Assembly (NCBI RefSeq): GCF_009914755.1
Contig: NC_060941.1
Source: the human T2T-CHM13v2.0 reference genome, Homo sapiens
Direction: 5' to 3' (one strand)
Length of the DNA: 64,000 nt
The notes under the pieces: model-generated
What the model saw: only the letters and a program-made list of their open reading frames with translations
Told to the model about the DNA's origin: nothing
Database searches by the model: none
Position numbers and translations under genes: made by a program
Shown: piece after piece, positions 1 through 14,697 of the stretch
Position numbering within the stretch: the stretch's first letter is position 1
Layout: each line of letters begins with the position of its first letter

Positions 1-300
1 TAGTGGTTACCAGGGGTGAAGAGGTGGGAGAAATAAGGTGATGTCAGTCAAAGGGTACAAACTTTCAGTTACATAGAATGAGTAAATTCTAGAGATCTAA
101 TGTAGAGCATGAGGACTATAGTTAATAATACTGTGTTATACAGATGAAAATCACTTAGAAGGTAGATCTTAAGTGTTCTCACTACAAGAAAAAAATGGTA
201 ATTATGTGAAGAGATGGATATGTTAATTAGCTTGACTGAAATCAGGTCACTATGTATATGCATATTAAAATATCAGGTTGTACACCTTAAATATATATAA
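1..300 (+). mobile_element. Old L1 (L1MA/MB-type) 3' end fragment
   Basis: ttctagagatctaatgta...gactatagttaataatactgt...gtagatcttaagtgttctcac; a related copy lies at 62320-62590. Confidence 0.7.
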
Positions 301-310
301 TTTTTTTTAA

Positions 311-609
<299 letters not shown>

Positions 610-1410
610 TAATTAAAATTTTTTTAAGATAACAATAGAAATACAATATTCAACTGCAGTCAGAACTGTTAACAAAGATGAGACTGTCAAGAGAGTGTTC
701 CAGAGGCAAATAAAGTCCAAAAGAAAATATTCCTCATATCTTTGGCCATCCTGAGCAAGTTGAAGGAGATCTAAAAGTTTAAAAATTTAGTTATATGGAT
801 ATTGGGGGCCTGCCACCTCCTTTTATGAATTACTGACTTAAGTTATATACTATTTTATATTATTAAACTTTTATAATAGATCTGTGTAACAAGAATGGTT
901 GAAAGACATGATGTGTTATAAGAAAACAATTCTGGGTGAATCAGAGCAATAGGCATTCTAAGTATTCCACACACAAGCACGTTAGATAAATTCATGTATT
1001 TGTAAAATCCTTAATCAAGGGTTTTCTTGGTAATGATAGACAAGACAGCACAAAGTTATATAAATACATCAGAACTGTGTGTTTTATCCACAATATATAT
1101 TGAGCACTGAAGGAACCTTAGATATCATCTAGTTCAATTTTTTTCCCATGGATAAAGACATAAGACTCAAAAAAGGTGAAATGGCTTTTTTCTGTTCAAA
1201 AATAAATTAATGATTAACTCTGGATCAGTGCAACTATGAATAATTTTCTTTTTACCTTTTTTCTAGAATTATTCTATTATTTTCATAATGAGAATAGTAA
1301 GTTATTTTAGAAAAAAATAATATCCTTATCTTCCCTTAAAATTTATGCATTTATCTGAACCCGTTTGCCAGGTTGTGTTCAGTTCTCAGCTTCTAAAGCC
1401 TTCATCTCAC

Positions 1411-1715
1411 CGAGCACAATAGTGTATGCCTGTAATCCCAGCACTTTGGGAGGCTGAGGTGAGGGAATCACTTGAGCCCAGGAGTTCAAGACCAGCCTGG
1501 GCAACACAGCAAGGCCTCATCTCTACTAAAAATGTAAAAATAAGCCAGGCATGGTGGTGCAAACCTATAGTCAGTCCCGCCTACTCAGGAGGCTGAGGTA
1601 GGAGGATTGTTTAAGCCCAGGAGTTCAAGGTTGCAATGAGCTATGATCATGCCACTGCACTCCAGCCTGGGCAACATGGCAAGATCCAGTCTCAAAAAAA
1701 AAAAAAAAAAAAAAA
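1411..1715 (+). mobile_element. AluJ
   Basis: Alu consensus plus A-tail. Confidence 0.9.
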
Positions 1716-1986
1716 GATTAAAAATGTTAAAAGTCCTCATATCACCTCAACTCCTCAACTGAGATGTCTTAACTACTAAAAGTACAAGCTCAATGTCTCC
1801 TCAGAGTCTAAAGCCAATTGTAGGGGCTTTGGCAAAGAAGCTCATCCTTACTAATCTTACTAATTGTCCATATCCTAATACTGGTGAATGAAATCTATAT
1901 TGATAATGTGTCTAATAACACAGTATCTATAAGAATAGGAGTGTACTTTGCTCTTGAAAACTCCATGCCCCAAGAAAGTATAGACT

Positions 1987-2163
1987 AGGCTGCTAGAAAC
2001 AATACAGGATGGCCAGTTAAATTTGCATTTCAAGTAAGTAACAAATTTTTGGTATAAGTATGTCCCAAATATTGGCTGTGACACATACTAAAAAATTCCT
2101 GATTACCTGAAATTCAGATTTAACTGGGCATCCTTTATTTTTATTTGCTAAATCTGGCAACTG
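1987..2163. mobile_element. MER53 palindromic hAT-type MITE
   Basis: CCAGTTAAATTTG...TAAGTATGTCCCAAATATT...ATTTAACTGGG...ATCTGGCAAC, internally palindromic. Confidence 0.8.
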
Positions 2164-3383
2164 TAGCCTGGACTCTAAACCTGAAGATTAGTCCTTTAAC
2201 TGGTTCAAAAGATCTTCAGCAGATTACCAACTGCCTGCATGGATTTTTAAATGTTCTGTACTCCTGGATTTCCTGTTGTATTCCAACAGTCTGACAGCTC
2301 ATGTATTAATTCAAATTGTAATATCCAATACTGGCTGCCTGTCCAGATTACAATCTGTTTACCTAATTATCTGTCTAATGCTTGTCAGAATGGATTTTCT
2401 TCTAGCTCCTGCAGTTGGAACAATGTCTCTAAGAACCATCCCAAACCACTGAACAGGCCTAGTTTTAAGGCCTTGTTATGAAGAAACTGACAGACTGGTC
2501 CTGGGGAAACTAGCATGAATAATAAAATCAAAACTAATTTTTAAATAAAGATATTATTTCAATGTATTTATTAACAACTATATAAAAAGTTCCCCCTTTT
2601 AAAAAAATACGATATCTTTATATAATAAAAATGAGAATAGTATTAACTTCATATGGTTGTTGTAAGGATTATTGAAATAACATATCAAAGCACTTAACAG
2701 TGACTGATTTGGTGTTGTTTTCCCAGCACTTTGTTTCCAAAATCATTTCCTTCTATATTGCCATTTATCCAAGGCTACTAAAATCCAACCAAGAGAAATC
2801 CATGTTCTTTTTCTATCAATTTTTTCATACTATTTAAACATTAAGCTTTGGTCCTTATGGCAAGAACCCTCACCATCTTTTTGACCAGCTTCTTCATTTC
2901 TTGAGCCCCTACTATTGCAGATGCATATGCATCACAGCCTCCATTTTTCTTTCTTCTGCCATTCTGTTTACCTTGAAGCCGGCTGTCTTACAGGATAAGA
3001 CTGAGCACTCTAATTGGTTCTCAAGTCCTAAATATAATCAATACTAAGATATGATTCCTGTCTATTGTCAATTAAATCATTAATAACCCATAAGCAAAAT
3101 CATAAATTCATAGCAATGAATATTGGCAGAAATTTCATTGTCATATTAAGAATCTTTTGAAGCATAATCACTGTGAAATTTACATATTTTTTAAGTTTTA
3201 CATGCATGTTCTCTTAAGCTCTTTCATAAAACATAATTAATACTGCCATAGTTGTTATTTATAGAAATTTCCTAAATGTAATTCTGTCTGAGAAACAACG
3301 AAGTGAAGGAGGAGGGAAGAATGAAGAGGAAGACAGGAAAATGAGAAGGAATAGAAGAAGAAAGAAATTTTAAGTAGACTCAC

Positions 3384-3479
3384 CTCCAACCACCCTGGCT
3401 TCTTCCAGTATTTGATTGAATAGAGTTAAAGACAGAATCTTGACTTCTCAGAGGACGAGAAACTGAATGTGGTATTTGC
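3384..3479 (-). CDS. SPATA22: SPATA22 coding exon 4 (96 bp), QIPHSVSRPLRSQDSVFNSIQSNTGRSQGGW(S); gene continues beyond the window start
   Basis: gaaag|G acceptor, GGAG|gtgagt donor; 128-bp intron to the previous exon; open frame. Confidence 0.93.
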
Positions 3480-3607
3480 CTTTCAAGGGAATATGTCTTG
3501 TTAAATATTAATAGTTTGCTTTCAAATTGAGAAATTAAGATATACGTAGAAGAACAACATCAGTTAGTAACAGACACACATCCAATGGTTTATATTTCTC
3601 CACATAC

Positions 3608-3668
3608 CCGGTGTCCACTGTTTTCATTACAGGAGCCAACTCTGGATTCACAGCTTCCCAGGCCCAAT
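3608..3668 (-). CDS. SPATA22: SPATA22 coding exon 3 (61 bp), DWAWEAVNPELAPVMKTVDTG
   Basis: ttttgag|AT acceptor, CCGG|gtatgt donor; frame continuous with flanking exons. Confidence 0.93.
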
Positions 3669-4121
3669 CTCAAAAGATATAAGTAACATAGATAAAAGTA
3701 AGATAGGTAGTATTTTTCAAAATGATAAATTCATACTTATTTAATTTGGAGGGTTTAAAAACTTGAAGAAGAAAAAACTTGAATATATGGATTTCTTCAA
3801 CAGTACTTGTTGGAAAACCTGTCACAGCCTGCTTTATTAATTTTTATAGATGTCTTTCTTATCCATTGTATTTTAAGCAAAGATAATTTAATCTGTATCT
3901 TTTCTACAATCAGTTCTAGTATAGTATCTTTAACTTTGTAACATGAATTTCATCTAATCCAATGTTTACTGAACTTTTAAAATCTCACCCACAGAAAGAA
4001 ATACATCATAACTCAGAACATATACATGCATGATATATGTGTGAGACAGAGATAGAGAGGAGAAAAAAGAATATAAAACTTCATCAAATCTTATCCTTAA
4101 TATGTGTGATACACACTGACA

Positions 4122-4707
4122 CAGTCATGTGTCACTTAATGACAGGGATACAGTCTAAGAAATGCATTGTTAGGTGAGTTTGTTGTGCAAACAACATAGA
4201 GTGTACTTACACAAAGCTGGAGAGTACAGCTTGCTACACACCTAGGCTATATGTTACAGCCTATTGTTCCTAGGCTACAAACTTGTGCAACATGTTACTG
4301 TACTCAATACCACAGGCAATTGTAACATAATAGTATTTGTGTATCTAAACATATCTAAACATAGAAAAGGTACAGTAAAAATATAATATAAAAGATAAAA
4401 ACCAATACACCTAAGAGGGCACTTACCATAAATGGAGCTTGCAGGACTGAAAGTTGCTTTGGGTGAGTTAGTGATTAAGTGGTGAGTGAATACGAAGGCC
4501 TAGGACATTACTGTATACACTACTGTACACTAAACACACCATACATTTAGGCTACATTTATAAAAAAAAATAAACTGTGCTATGACATTATGACAGCTAC
4601 TATGTCACCAGGAGACAGAAATGTTTCAGCTCCATTATATTTGTAATGGCACCACCATCACACAGGTGGTGTGATTGACCAAAACATGGTTATGCAGTGC
4701 ATGGCTG
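4122..4707. mobile_element. Tigger3/Golem-family non-autonomous DNA transposon
   Basis: Ends CAGTCATG... and ...CATGGCTG followed by TA; internal sequence resembles the Tigger3 consensus. Confidence 0.8.
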
Positions 4708-4810
4708 TATTTTCTATTCTACTCTATTCTCTTCTATTTCTTTTTTCAAAGATCGATTATACCTCAGACTGATTAATGGATCAAGACAAACATTTTAAAA
4801 AAACACTGAT

Positions 4811-6704
4811 CCTCTCCCTCTCCCTCTCCCTCTCCCTCTCCCTCTCCCTCTGCCTCTCCCTCTGCCTCTCCCTCTCCCTCTCCCCACGGTCTCCCTCTCC
4901 CTCTGTTTCCACGGTCTCCCTCTCATGCCAAGCCGAAGCTGGACTGTACTGCTGCCATCTCGGCTCACTGCAACCTCCCTGCCTGATTCTCCTGCCTCAC
5001 CCTGCCGAGTGCCTGCGATTGCAGGCGCGCGCCGCCACGCCTGACTGGTTTTCGTATTTTTTTGGTGGAGACGGGTTTCGCTGTGTTGGCCGGGCTGGTC
5101 TCCAGCTCCTAACCGCGAGTGATCCGCCAGCCTCGGCCTCCGGAGGTGCCGGGATTGCAGACGGTGTCTGGTTCACTCAGTGCTCAATGGTGCCCAGGCT
5201 GGAGTGCAGTGGCGTGATCTCGGCTCGCTACAACCTCCACCTCCCAGCCGCCTGCCTTGGCCTCCCAAAGTGCCCAGAGTGCAGCCTCTGCCCGGCCGCC
5301 ACCCCGTCTGGGAAGTGAGGAGCGTCTCTGCCTGGCCGCCCATCGTCTGGGATGTGAGGAGCCCCTCTGCCTGGCTGCCCAGTCTGGAAAGTGAGGAGTG
5401 TCTCTGCCCGGCCGCCGTCCCATCTAGGAAGTGAGAAGCGCCTCTTCCCGGCCGCCATCCCATCTAGGAAGTGAGGAGCGTCTCTGCCGGGCCGCCCATC
5501 GTCTGAGATGTGGGGAGCACCTTTGCCCCGCCGCCCCATCTGGGATGTGAGGAGCACCTCTGCCCGGCCGCGACCCCGTCTGGGAGGTGAGGAGCGTCTC
5601 TGCCCAGCCGCCCCATCTGAGAAGGGAGGAGACCCTCCGCCCGGCAACCGCCCCGTCTGAGAAGTGAGGAGCCCCTCCGCCCGGCAGCCGCCCCGTCTGA
5701 GAAGTGAGGAGCCCCTCCGCCCGGCAGCCACCCCGTCTGGGAAGTGAGGAGCGTCTCCGCCCGGCAGCCACCCCGTCTGGGAGGGGGGTGGGGGGGGGGT
5801 CAGCCCCCCACCCGGCCAGCCGCCCGGTCTGGGAGGTGAGGGGCGCCTCTGCCCAGCCGCCCCTACTGGGAAGTGAGGAGCCCCTCTGCCCGGCCAGCCG
5901 CTCCGTCCGGGAGGGAGGTGGGGGGGTCAGCCCCCAGCCCGGCCAGCCGCCCCGTCCGGGAGGGAGGTGGGGGGTCAGCCCCTCCACCCGGCAGCCACCC
6001 CGTCTGGGAAGTGAGGAGCGTCTCCACCCGGCAGCCACCCCGTCCGGGAGGGAGGTGGGGGGGTCAGCCCCCCGCCCGGCCAGCCGCCTCGTCCAGGAGG
6101 TGAGGGGCGCCTCTGCCCGGCCGCCCCTACTGGGAAGTGAGGAGCCCCTCTGCCCGGCCACCACCCCGTCTGGGAGGTGTGCCCAACAGCTCATTGAGAA
6201 CGGGCCATGATGACAATGGCGGTTTTGTGGAATAGAAAGCGGGGAAAGGTGGGGAAAAGATTGAGAAATCGGATGGTTGCCGTGTCAGTGTAGAAAGAAG
6301 TAGACATGGGAGACTTTTCATTTTGTTCTGTACTAAGAAAAATTCTTCTGCCTTGGGATCCTGTTGATCTGTGACCTTACCCCCCAACCCTGTGCTCTCT
6401 CAAACATGTGCTGTGTCCACTCAGGGTTAAATGGATTAAGGGCAGTGCAAGATGTGCTTTGTTAAACAGATGCTTGAAGGCAGCATGCTCGTTAAGAGTC
6501 ATCACCACTCCCTAATCTCAAGTACCCAGGGACACAAACACTGCGGAAGGCCGCAGGGTCCTCTGCCTAGGAAAACCAGAGACCTTTGTTCACTTGTTTA
6601 TCTGCTGACCTTCCCTCCACTATTGTCCTATGACCCTGCCAAATCCCCCTCTGTGAGAAACACCCAAGAATGATCAATAAAAATAAAAATTTAAAAAACA
6701 AAAA
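4811..6704 (+). mobile_element. Full-length SVA retrotransposon (SVA_D-like; subfamily uncertain) in a SPATA22 intron, antisense to SPATA22
   Basis: (CCCTCT)n head, antisense Alu-like domain, GC-rich VNTR ~5290-6180, SINE-R, AATAAA 6676 plus A-tail; TSD AAAA(A/C)AACACTGAT at 4797-4810 and 6705-6718, in a TT/AAAA context. Confidence 0.97.
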
Positions 6705-7533
6705 AAAACAACACTGATGCAGTCCTATCTCTTACCCAATACAGGAAAACTACTATTTCTGACAAATAGTAACCCTGGTCCGAGCTTGAAGTACTTCAGG
6801 AGGACACACATTTCCTTATGGAGTAGCTCAATTTTTCAAGGTCAACATTCATGCTACTTATAAAAATATTTTAAATGACGGAATGTTTTTTAAATGGTGG
6901 AGTATGACCAGATAAATGCCCAGTTGTGCATATCCATGTGAATTTATGATTTTTATACACAAAAATTGGAAATATATGAACTTCACACTTAAATTTCTTC
7001 AAATATATCTTTTATATATTTTGTTTTCTTTAAACAAAATACAGATTTAGAAGTATATTAAAGTCTATGGGAGCACACTAGATGAAATTAACAATACAAG
7101 TATTGCTACATCAGAGATATTTTTAAATTCTAGCTATATAAGATCCTATTAATTTTTAAAATGTGCCCCCAAAATGTAAATGTATATAACCAGCATGTAC
7201 CACGTATACTTCAGAATGTCTGCCTGCCCATTCCTCTTCCAGAGGAAAGTAAAAAGTCAACAACAACCATTAAGACCTCCCAGCACCCACCAAACCTCAG
7301 CTAACTGGTTCAGAGGTAAGAGGCCTAACCCAAACCTAAGCCAGGATTTCAGTGGCCTTACTTAAAAGATGAGCTGAATCACAAGCTGTCTCTAGGATGT
7401 GAATTAAGAGATCCAGAGGGCAGTCTACTGGTGACCTCTGAGAACTAGAACTAAAAGGTTATGCAAACTCACAGGAAGGGCAACTTAGCTCATGTGCCAG
7501 TTGAAGCTGTAAGGAAGCCAACTGGATGAAGGT

Positions 7534-7830
7534 GTGTCTTAGTCCCTTTGGACTCTACTATAACAAAATACTTTAGAACGGGTTATTTACAAATATGATA
7601 AATGTATTTCTCAGTTTTGGAGGCTGGGAAGTCAAGGCTTCTTACTGTGTCCTCACATGACAGAAGGACGGAAAAGCTCCCTCATACCTTTTATAAAGTC
7701 ACTAATCTCATTCATGAGGGCTCTGCCCTCATGACTTAATTACCTCCTGAAGGCCCCACATCTTAATACTATCACACCAGCAATTAAGTTTCAACATATA
7801 AATTGGGGGGGATCACATTTGGACCATAAA
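7534..7830 (-). mobile_element. MaLR LTR relic (MST/MLT1A-like), internally deleted
   Basis: tgtcttagtcc...ggaggctgggaagtcaag...ctcatgacttaattacctcc hallmarks. Confidence 0.65.
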
Positions 7831-8327
7831 CAGCTAACAAATCAATGAAGGCAAAAATGCCATAAAAAGAGAAAAAGACTACGGCCAGGCACCAGATACT
7901 TCCAGGCATCTGCACTTCCTAAAATCTATCTTTTTTTTCCCATTTTTCCTGTGTTCCCATGCACACTTATCCCCACTCCTGAGGCAATTCAAGTGTTTCC
8001 ATTCTTTACCACCAAATGTATAGGCTATAACACAATATCCACGTGAATTTTGACAAAGAAAAAATATTTTTTACAATATATGTTACTACTTTATTAGAAC
8101 AAAGACTCCAAATCTAAGATACTCCATTTAAATGCTAAGCCACCCTTGTAGATAAGGAAACTTAAACTCCTGACCTGGAATGTTCAGAAAGTGCTATGTA
8201 ATTTCTATATGTGGATAATGGAAAGAAGAAAAAATAAACTTTCTATTTTCATTATAATATAAATTACAATTTTCTATAATCCTAGTTTTGTATTTCCTGA
8301 AAATTTTTACCTTATTAATTTTCTTAC

Positions 8328-8456
8328 CTGTAGGTAGAGGAGGAAAATCATAATTGTCAGAAGGGGTACTGATACCTGAATCATCTTTAAGTGGATTAGA
8401 AGTTAATGGCTGTCTGTTCCTCTTTTTCTGATTGAACAACGGAACAGGCAAACAGC
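8328..8456 (-). CDS. SPATA22: SPATA22 coding exon 2 (129 bp), GCLPVPLFNQKKRNRQPLTSNP...FPPLPT
   Basis: ttag|GC acceptor, ACAG|gtaaga donor, phase 1-1; overlaps ORF-track 8194..8451. Confidence 0.95.
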
Positions 8457-10184
8457 CTAAATTGAATGTACCAATAAATTAGTACATAATAGACAAATAA
8501 GCAGATCTAGTTGTAAAATAATTACTAGTATAATACACACTTTACATTTATCTACTTCTATATGCTAATATACTTATAGATTTCTATAACCTTAGAATGA
8601 TTTTTACATTCTTTTTAAGATCCTGAATAGCCTAATTTGTTTCTTCAAAAAACTTTTCTTATTCTACTCTAACAGTTTTAATTCCTCCCATATGGAAGTA
8701 ATTCCCATCTCCCCCCTCATCCCCCAACCTTTCCAAATCCACTTTTTGTTTTCCTTATCCCCCTCCTGTGCTTGCCTGTTACCATATCGACTGCAGGGGA
8801 CCTTTGAAGTACAACAGAGGTGAGGAAGAACCAAACTCTGAACCATGCTTTGGACAATAGTGGCACACCCTTTTGGGCCTTGGTTCTCAAAGTTTCATTG
8901 GACTAAGATTTATCTGGAATTCTGCTTAATGTGCAGTTCCTAGACTCCACTCTCATAGATTTTATTTCAACAGATTTAGCCTGGAACTCAAAACTCTGCA
9001 ATTTTAACAAGCACCTCGGGTATCTGTAATTATATATTTTGTGGATCATTTTGAGAATGCCTTAAAGAGTAATAATATCCAGTCCAAATGAGAATAAATA
9101 CTACTACCGATTCCTCCAGATGGCGGATCCAGGATCTCAATTCAGGTCAAAAGTCACAAAATATAAACTTTGAAACTTAGGGAACTCGAAGGGAAAAGAA
9201 GTTCAAAAAGCTTGTGCATTGCTATAGAGCAAGTCAGTGGAAGAATCTAGATAGGACACAAGATTCCTAAATATCAGTTTGGATCTCTTGCCACTGTACC
9301 ATTCTCTAACTGGTCATCATCAATTGTTCTACAGGCAAATACAGACTCTGTGAACAGTCTCTGATGAAAGGCTGGGAGAATTATGTGGGCTCTGGAATCA
9401 GACCGCCTAGGTCTTGAATTATGACTTCAAAGTAGGTTTGAATTACAATTTCAGAGTATGATCTTGGGCAATTTCCCTAAACTCTTTGTGCCAATATGAC
9501 ATATACTGATAGCATAATGATTAAGAGCATGGACTAAGAGCCAGATTCCTAGGTTCAAATTCTGATTCTGCTACTTCATGGATTACTTATTTAACCTCTT
9601 TTAGCCTTGTTTTTCTCATCTGAACAACAGAAATGATTATAATAACCTATCTCAGGGTATTGGTGTAAAGATTAAATAAATTAATATATATAATTAATGT
9701 CTTGAATACAGTTAATCCACCATAAATAATAGTTACTATTATCTTCATTATGCATCATCATTCCCCTGGTTCTCATCATCCTTGCCGTCTGTCTTTATAC
9801 TAATAAATTGGGAAAGCAAAAATGATAGGAGAAGCTATTAGAAAGACAGAAGTGCTTCCGGAAATATTTTTAACAAGTAAGTCACAAATACAAACAAAAA
9901 TAGATCTATTTCTTTGTTTTCAGTTTTAAAGCATAGAATAACTCAAGCACATCGAATTTGTAGAAAGAATATCAAAATAAATCTAAGAAACTTTGATCTT
10001 ACTCCCACCTCTACCACTAAATGTTTTGTCTTGAGTAAGTTATTTTACTTCCTTGGACCTAAAAAGTAAAGAGGCTAGATTAACTGTTCAATCTATTTTA
10101 AATTTATTTCCAATGTTATATCTATAAACTATACAAGCTTTATATGCTATACAGAAAATTTAAAAATAAAAAGTTGTTCAATAC

Positions 10185-10227
10185 CTGCTGTACTTCGAGC
10201 TGAATTTTCATTTAGGCTTCGCTTCAT
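10185..10227 (-). CDS. SPATA22: SPATA22 first coding exon (CDS part; whole exon 10185-10300), MKRSLNENSARSTA(G)
   Basis: ATG at 10227; acceptor ttctttgcag|G at 10301/10300; donor GCAG|gtattg at 10185/10184; translation matches the SPATA22 N-terminus and joins in frame to the next exons. Confidence 0.95.
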
Positions 10228-10763
10228 TTCCTTCAATATCAAAATCTATAATTTTCTATTCAGCATTCCAAATTTATAATATGACATTGTCCCACTAGAC
10301 CTGCAAAGAAAGAAACTTATAACTCGTATTGTCTCAACTATAAAACCCAATCCTCAGCCCAGTGATTACTGAAATTATGGTTGTAAACTACTTTCAAACC
10401 TGATCACATAAACACTTTAGGGAGTCCTTTGCTTTCTAAGAGTTTACACCATAATCCACTTTTCCAACCCTGTTCAAATTAAGTTATGACTAGGGCAACT
10501 GTAACCTTGCTTCGTAAACATATGTGCATTTTTTCACACAGTATATGTAATTTATTTCAGAATCCCGCACCCACAAAGAGAATTCTGAACCACACCTACA
10601 AAGAGGAAAATGGACCACAGCGTTGGCAAACGTACATGCTTCCAAGGCCAAGGAGGAAACACAGTATTTAGCCACCGGGAACTTCCTCCATGCCCCACTT
10701 TAAGGCATTGTGCAGGACATCTGCCTTTGCATCAGTTTGAAATGCCTGGATTCTATAATATCA

Positions 10764-12130
<1,367 letters not shown>

Positions 12131-12399
12131 TATTCTTGGCGCCATCCTAGGAGCCACAACAGGGATTCTGCCACTTTCTCCACCGGCGCAACTCACATCC
12201 TATATTTAGAGGGGCTTACGAGGGCTATTATGTTTCTCAGGATCAAACAAACAGAATAAACAACAACAAAATTTTTAAGTGTAACATTCCACCCGCGGGA
12301 CCATTGATCCTGAGGGCGGGGACCCTCATTTACCCCCAATCCCAGCTCCCAAATGGACCTAAGTGGCGTTAGTAATGGGGTTGGTGGCATTGGTGTGCA

Positions 12400-13330
12400 A
12401 AAAGTGTGCTCAGTCTGCACGCACACACACACACACCACCCACAAAAACCACGGCCTCAAATGGCGGCCTGTTTTGGCTCCTGACCGCGGTGGGAGAGAA
12501 GAGGCTCCAGTCCGAGTTGAGACGCTCTTCCAAAGGCCTCTCCTGACCCGCCCACGGAGTGGGGGCAGTTTGGTATCAACGCACAGTCTTTCCCTTCTAG
12601 GCCCTCCTGCCAACACGACACACAACTTTCGCCCTCAGTTTCCCTCGCCTCCGTCAACCGTCGTCCAGGCGGCCCCGTCAGCAACCGCCGCCCTTCCCGC
12701 CCGCGAAGAAAGCGCGGGAATCAGGCTGTTCGCAGGCGCCGTGGACCGCGCAGGCGCAGTGGCCGCCACCTCGGCGCGATGGCATCTTCGCTGCCTGCCT
12801 GGCCGCCCTTGGCCGGGCGCGATGACGTTAACGCTCTTCCTTGGCGTTCTCACACTGTGGACCCAGGGATGGCTCCAGCTCCTTAGAGTTTTGCCCAGAG
12901 AGGAAAGGAGACTGTCCTGTGACTGGAGAGACAGAGGCAGATCTCCTGCCCAACCGGCCTCAGCCCCACCATCGTCTAAAAAGTGTGCCCCACTTCCCCT
13001 CACCCCCTGGCCCTTAGGGTCCAGACATCCGTTTGTTAGATGCTGGTGGCCACCCAGAGTGTGCCCAGAGATTGACTCGAAGGCCACCCGAGGTGTCTGG
13101 CTCAATTTCTGGGTCGGATCAGGGTCAGGGAATCTGAGTCCCCGGGAGGCTGGGGACAGAGCTGAAGCCCAGGTTCAGATGGCGGCCATGGAAGGCGGAG
13201 AGCCGTCAGCGAGGCAGCGCCGGGGCTGCGGGAGCTTGCGGGAGGGAAGCGCCCGTGAGCCGCAGAGACGCTCTGCAGGGGAAGCCGCGTGGTGTGCGAC
13301 CCTGGGCGTTGAGCTCCAGGCTTCCTGGCA
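12400..13330. promoter_or_regulatory. SPATA22: CpG island / proximal SPATA22 promoter with non-coding first exon(s)
   Basis: Abrupt GC- and CpG-rich block ~2 kb upstream of the first coding exon; NRF1-like GCGCAGGCGCA 12748-12758; E2F-type TTCCCGCC 12694-12701; YY1-like ATGGCGGC at 12461 and 13179; candidate minus-strand donors at 12585/12584 (ACT|gtgcgt) and 12197/12196 (GAT|gtgagt). Confidence 0.8.
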
Positions 13331-14392
13331 AAGAGGACTGTGGATTCCTGGCCCTGTGACCTTGGGCAAGTTACTTACTGAACACCCTCTGGACCTACCA
13401 GTAAAAGAACAATAACAACAATCGCCCTAAAAATACTAGAAGATGAAATAGACAATCCTGGCACACAGTAAATGCCCAGTAACTGTTAGCCCTTATTTAA
13501 TTTGAGTAACAGTAGCTGCCATTTATCCGGAACTTACTATGGGCCAGGTAGTGGATTCTAGAGCTGTCTGAGTTCAAAGCCCATGTTTTGTTGTTACCGT
13601 ATCTTCTAACCATTTGAAGACTGGGATAGGGAAGGGCTTAGAGATGAAAGGAAGATTGTTAGTAAAGGCCTAGGCCTATAAGACCACAGACATTTTAGTA
13701 GTTGCTTTAAAACTATCTCAAGTAAAGAAGAGTGTTAGAAAATAATATTAGATGTAGACTGAGACCAGATAATAGCAGACCTTGAATGCCAGAGTAAGGA
13801 ACAGCTTTCAAGGAATAGGGCCATCTTTTATTTTGGGAAGAAGAAGACTTGAACAATAAAAATAAAACTTGTTATTTATCATGGTTCCAGAGAGGAGTTA
13901 CCCAAAACATGAATAGAAGCTTCAGGGAAGCAGATTTTGACTTGATATCTACATACGGATGTGCATACATTTACAACACACACCCACCCACCCCAAAAAT
14001 AGATTTTTCATTAAAAAAAAAAAAAAAAAACCACCTTAAGCCGATTACTTCTGTAGGGACTGCAGACATGAGCAATATAGAATATTTGCTAGCAGTTTAT
14101 AAACTTAATCTGTTTTATACTTGTCTTTTTCTGCTTATTTATTTCCACCTGGAAAGTTGGTCAGGATGGATCACAGGGAAGGAGAAAACTAAAGTAGTAA
14201 AAGTAGTTTGATTACATAACTACTGAACATCACATTATGTATGAGACATCTTATGTATAATATTTAACAAAAAACCCTTCTTATCCCCCAGTCATACCAT
14301 TTGGGAAACAACCCACCTTAAATTTGTCTCCTACAAAATTTCTGGCAGGGATCTACTGGACAGCCATGACTGTGAAGTAAAACTCTGCTCTC

Positions 14393-14697
<305 letters not shown>

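Noticed and set aside
4776-6387. Multiple long overlapping ORFs (up to 256 aa)
   Set aside because: Apart from a few flanking codons, all are translations of the SVA hexamer, Alu-like, VNTR and SINE-R domains, which are non-coding.
12363-13415. 350-aa plus-strand ORF across the CpG island
   Set aside because: GTG start, low-complexity Ala/Pro/Arg/Gly composition, includes a (CA)n run, no recognisable domain; stop-poor frames are expected in GC-rich islands.
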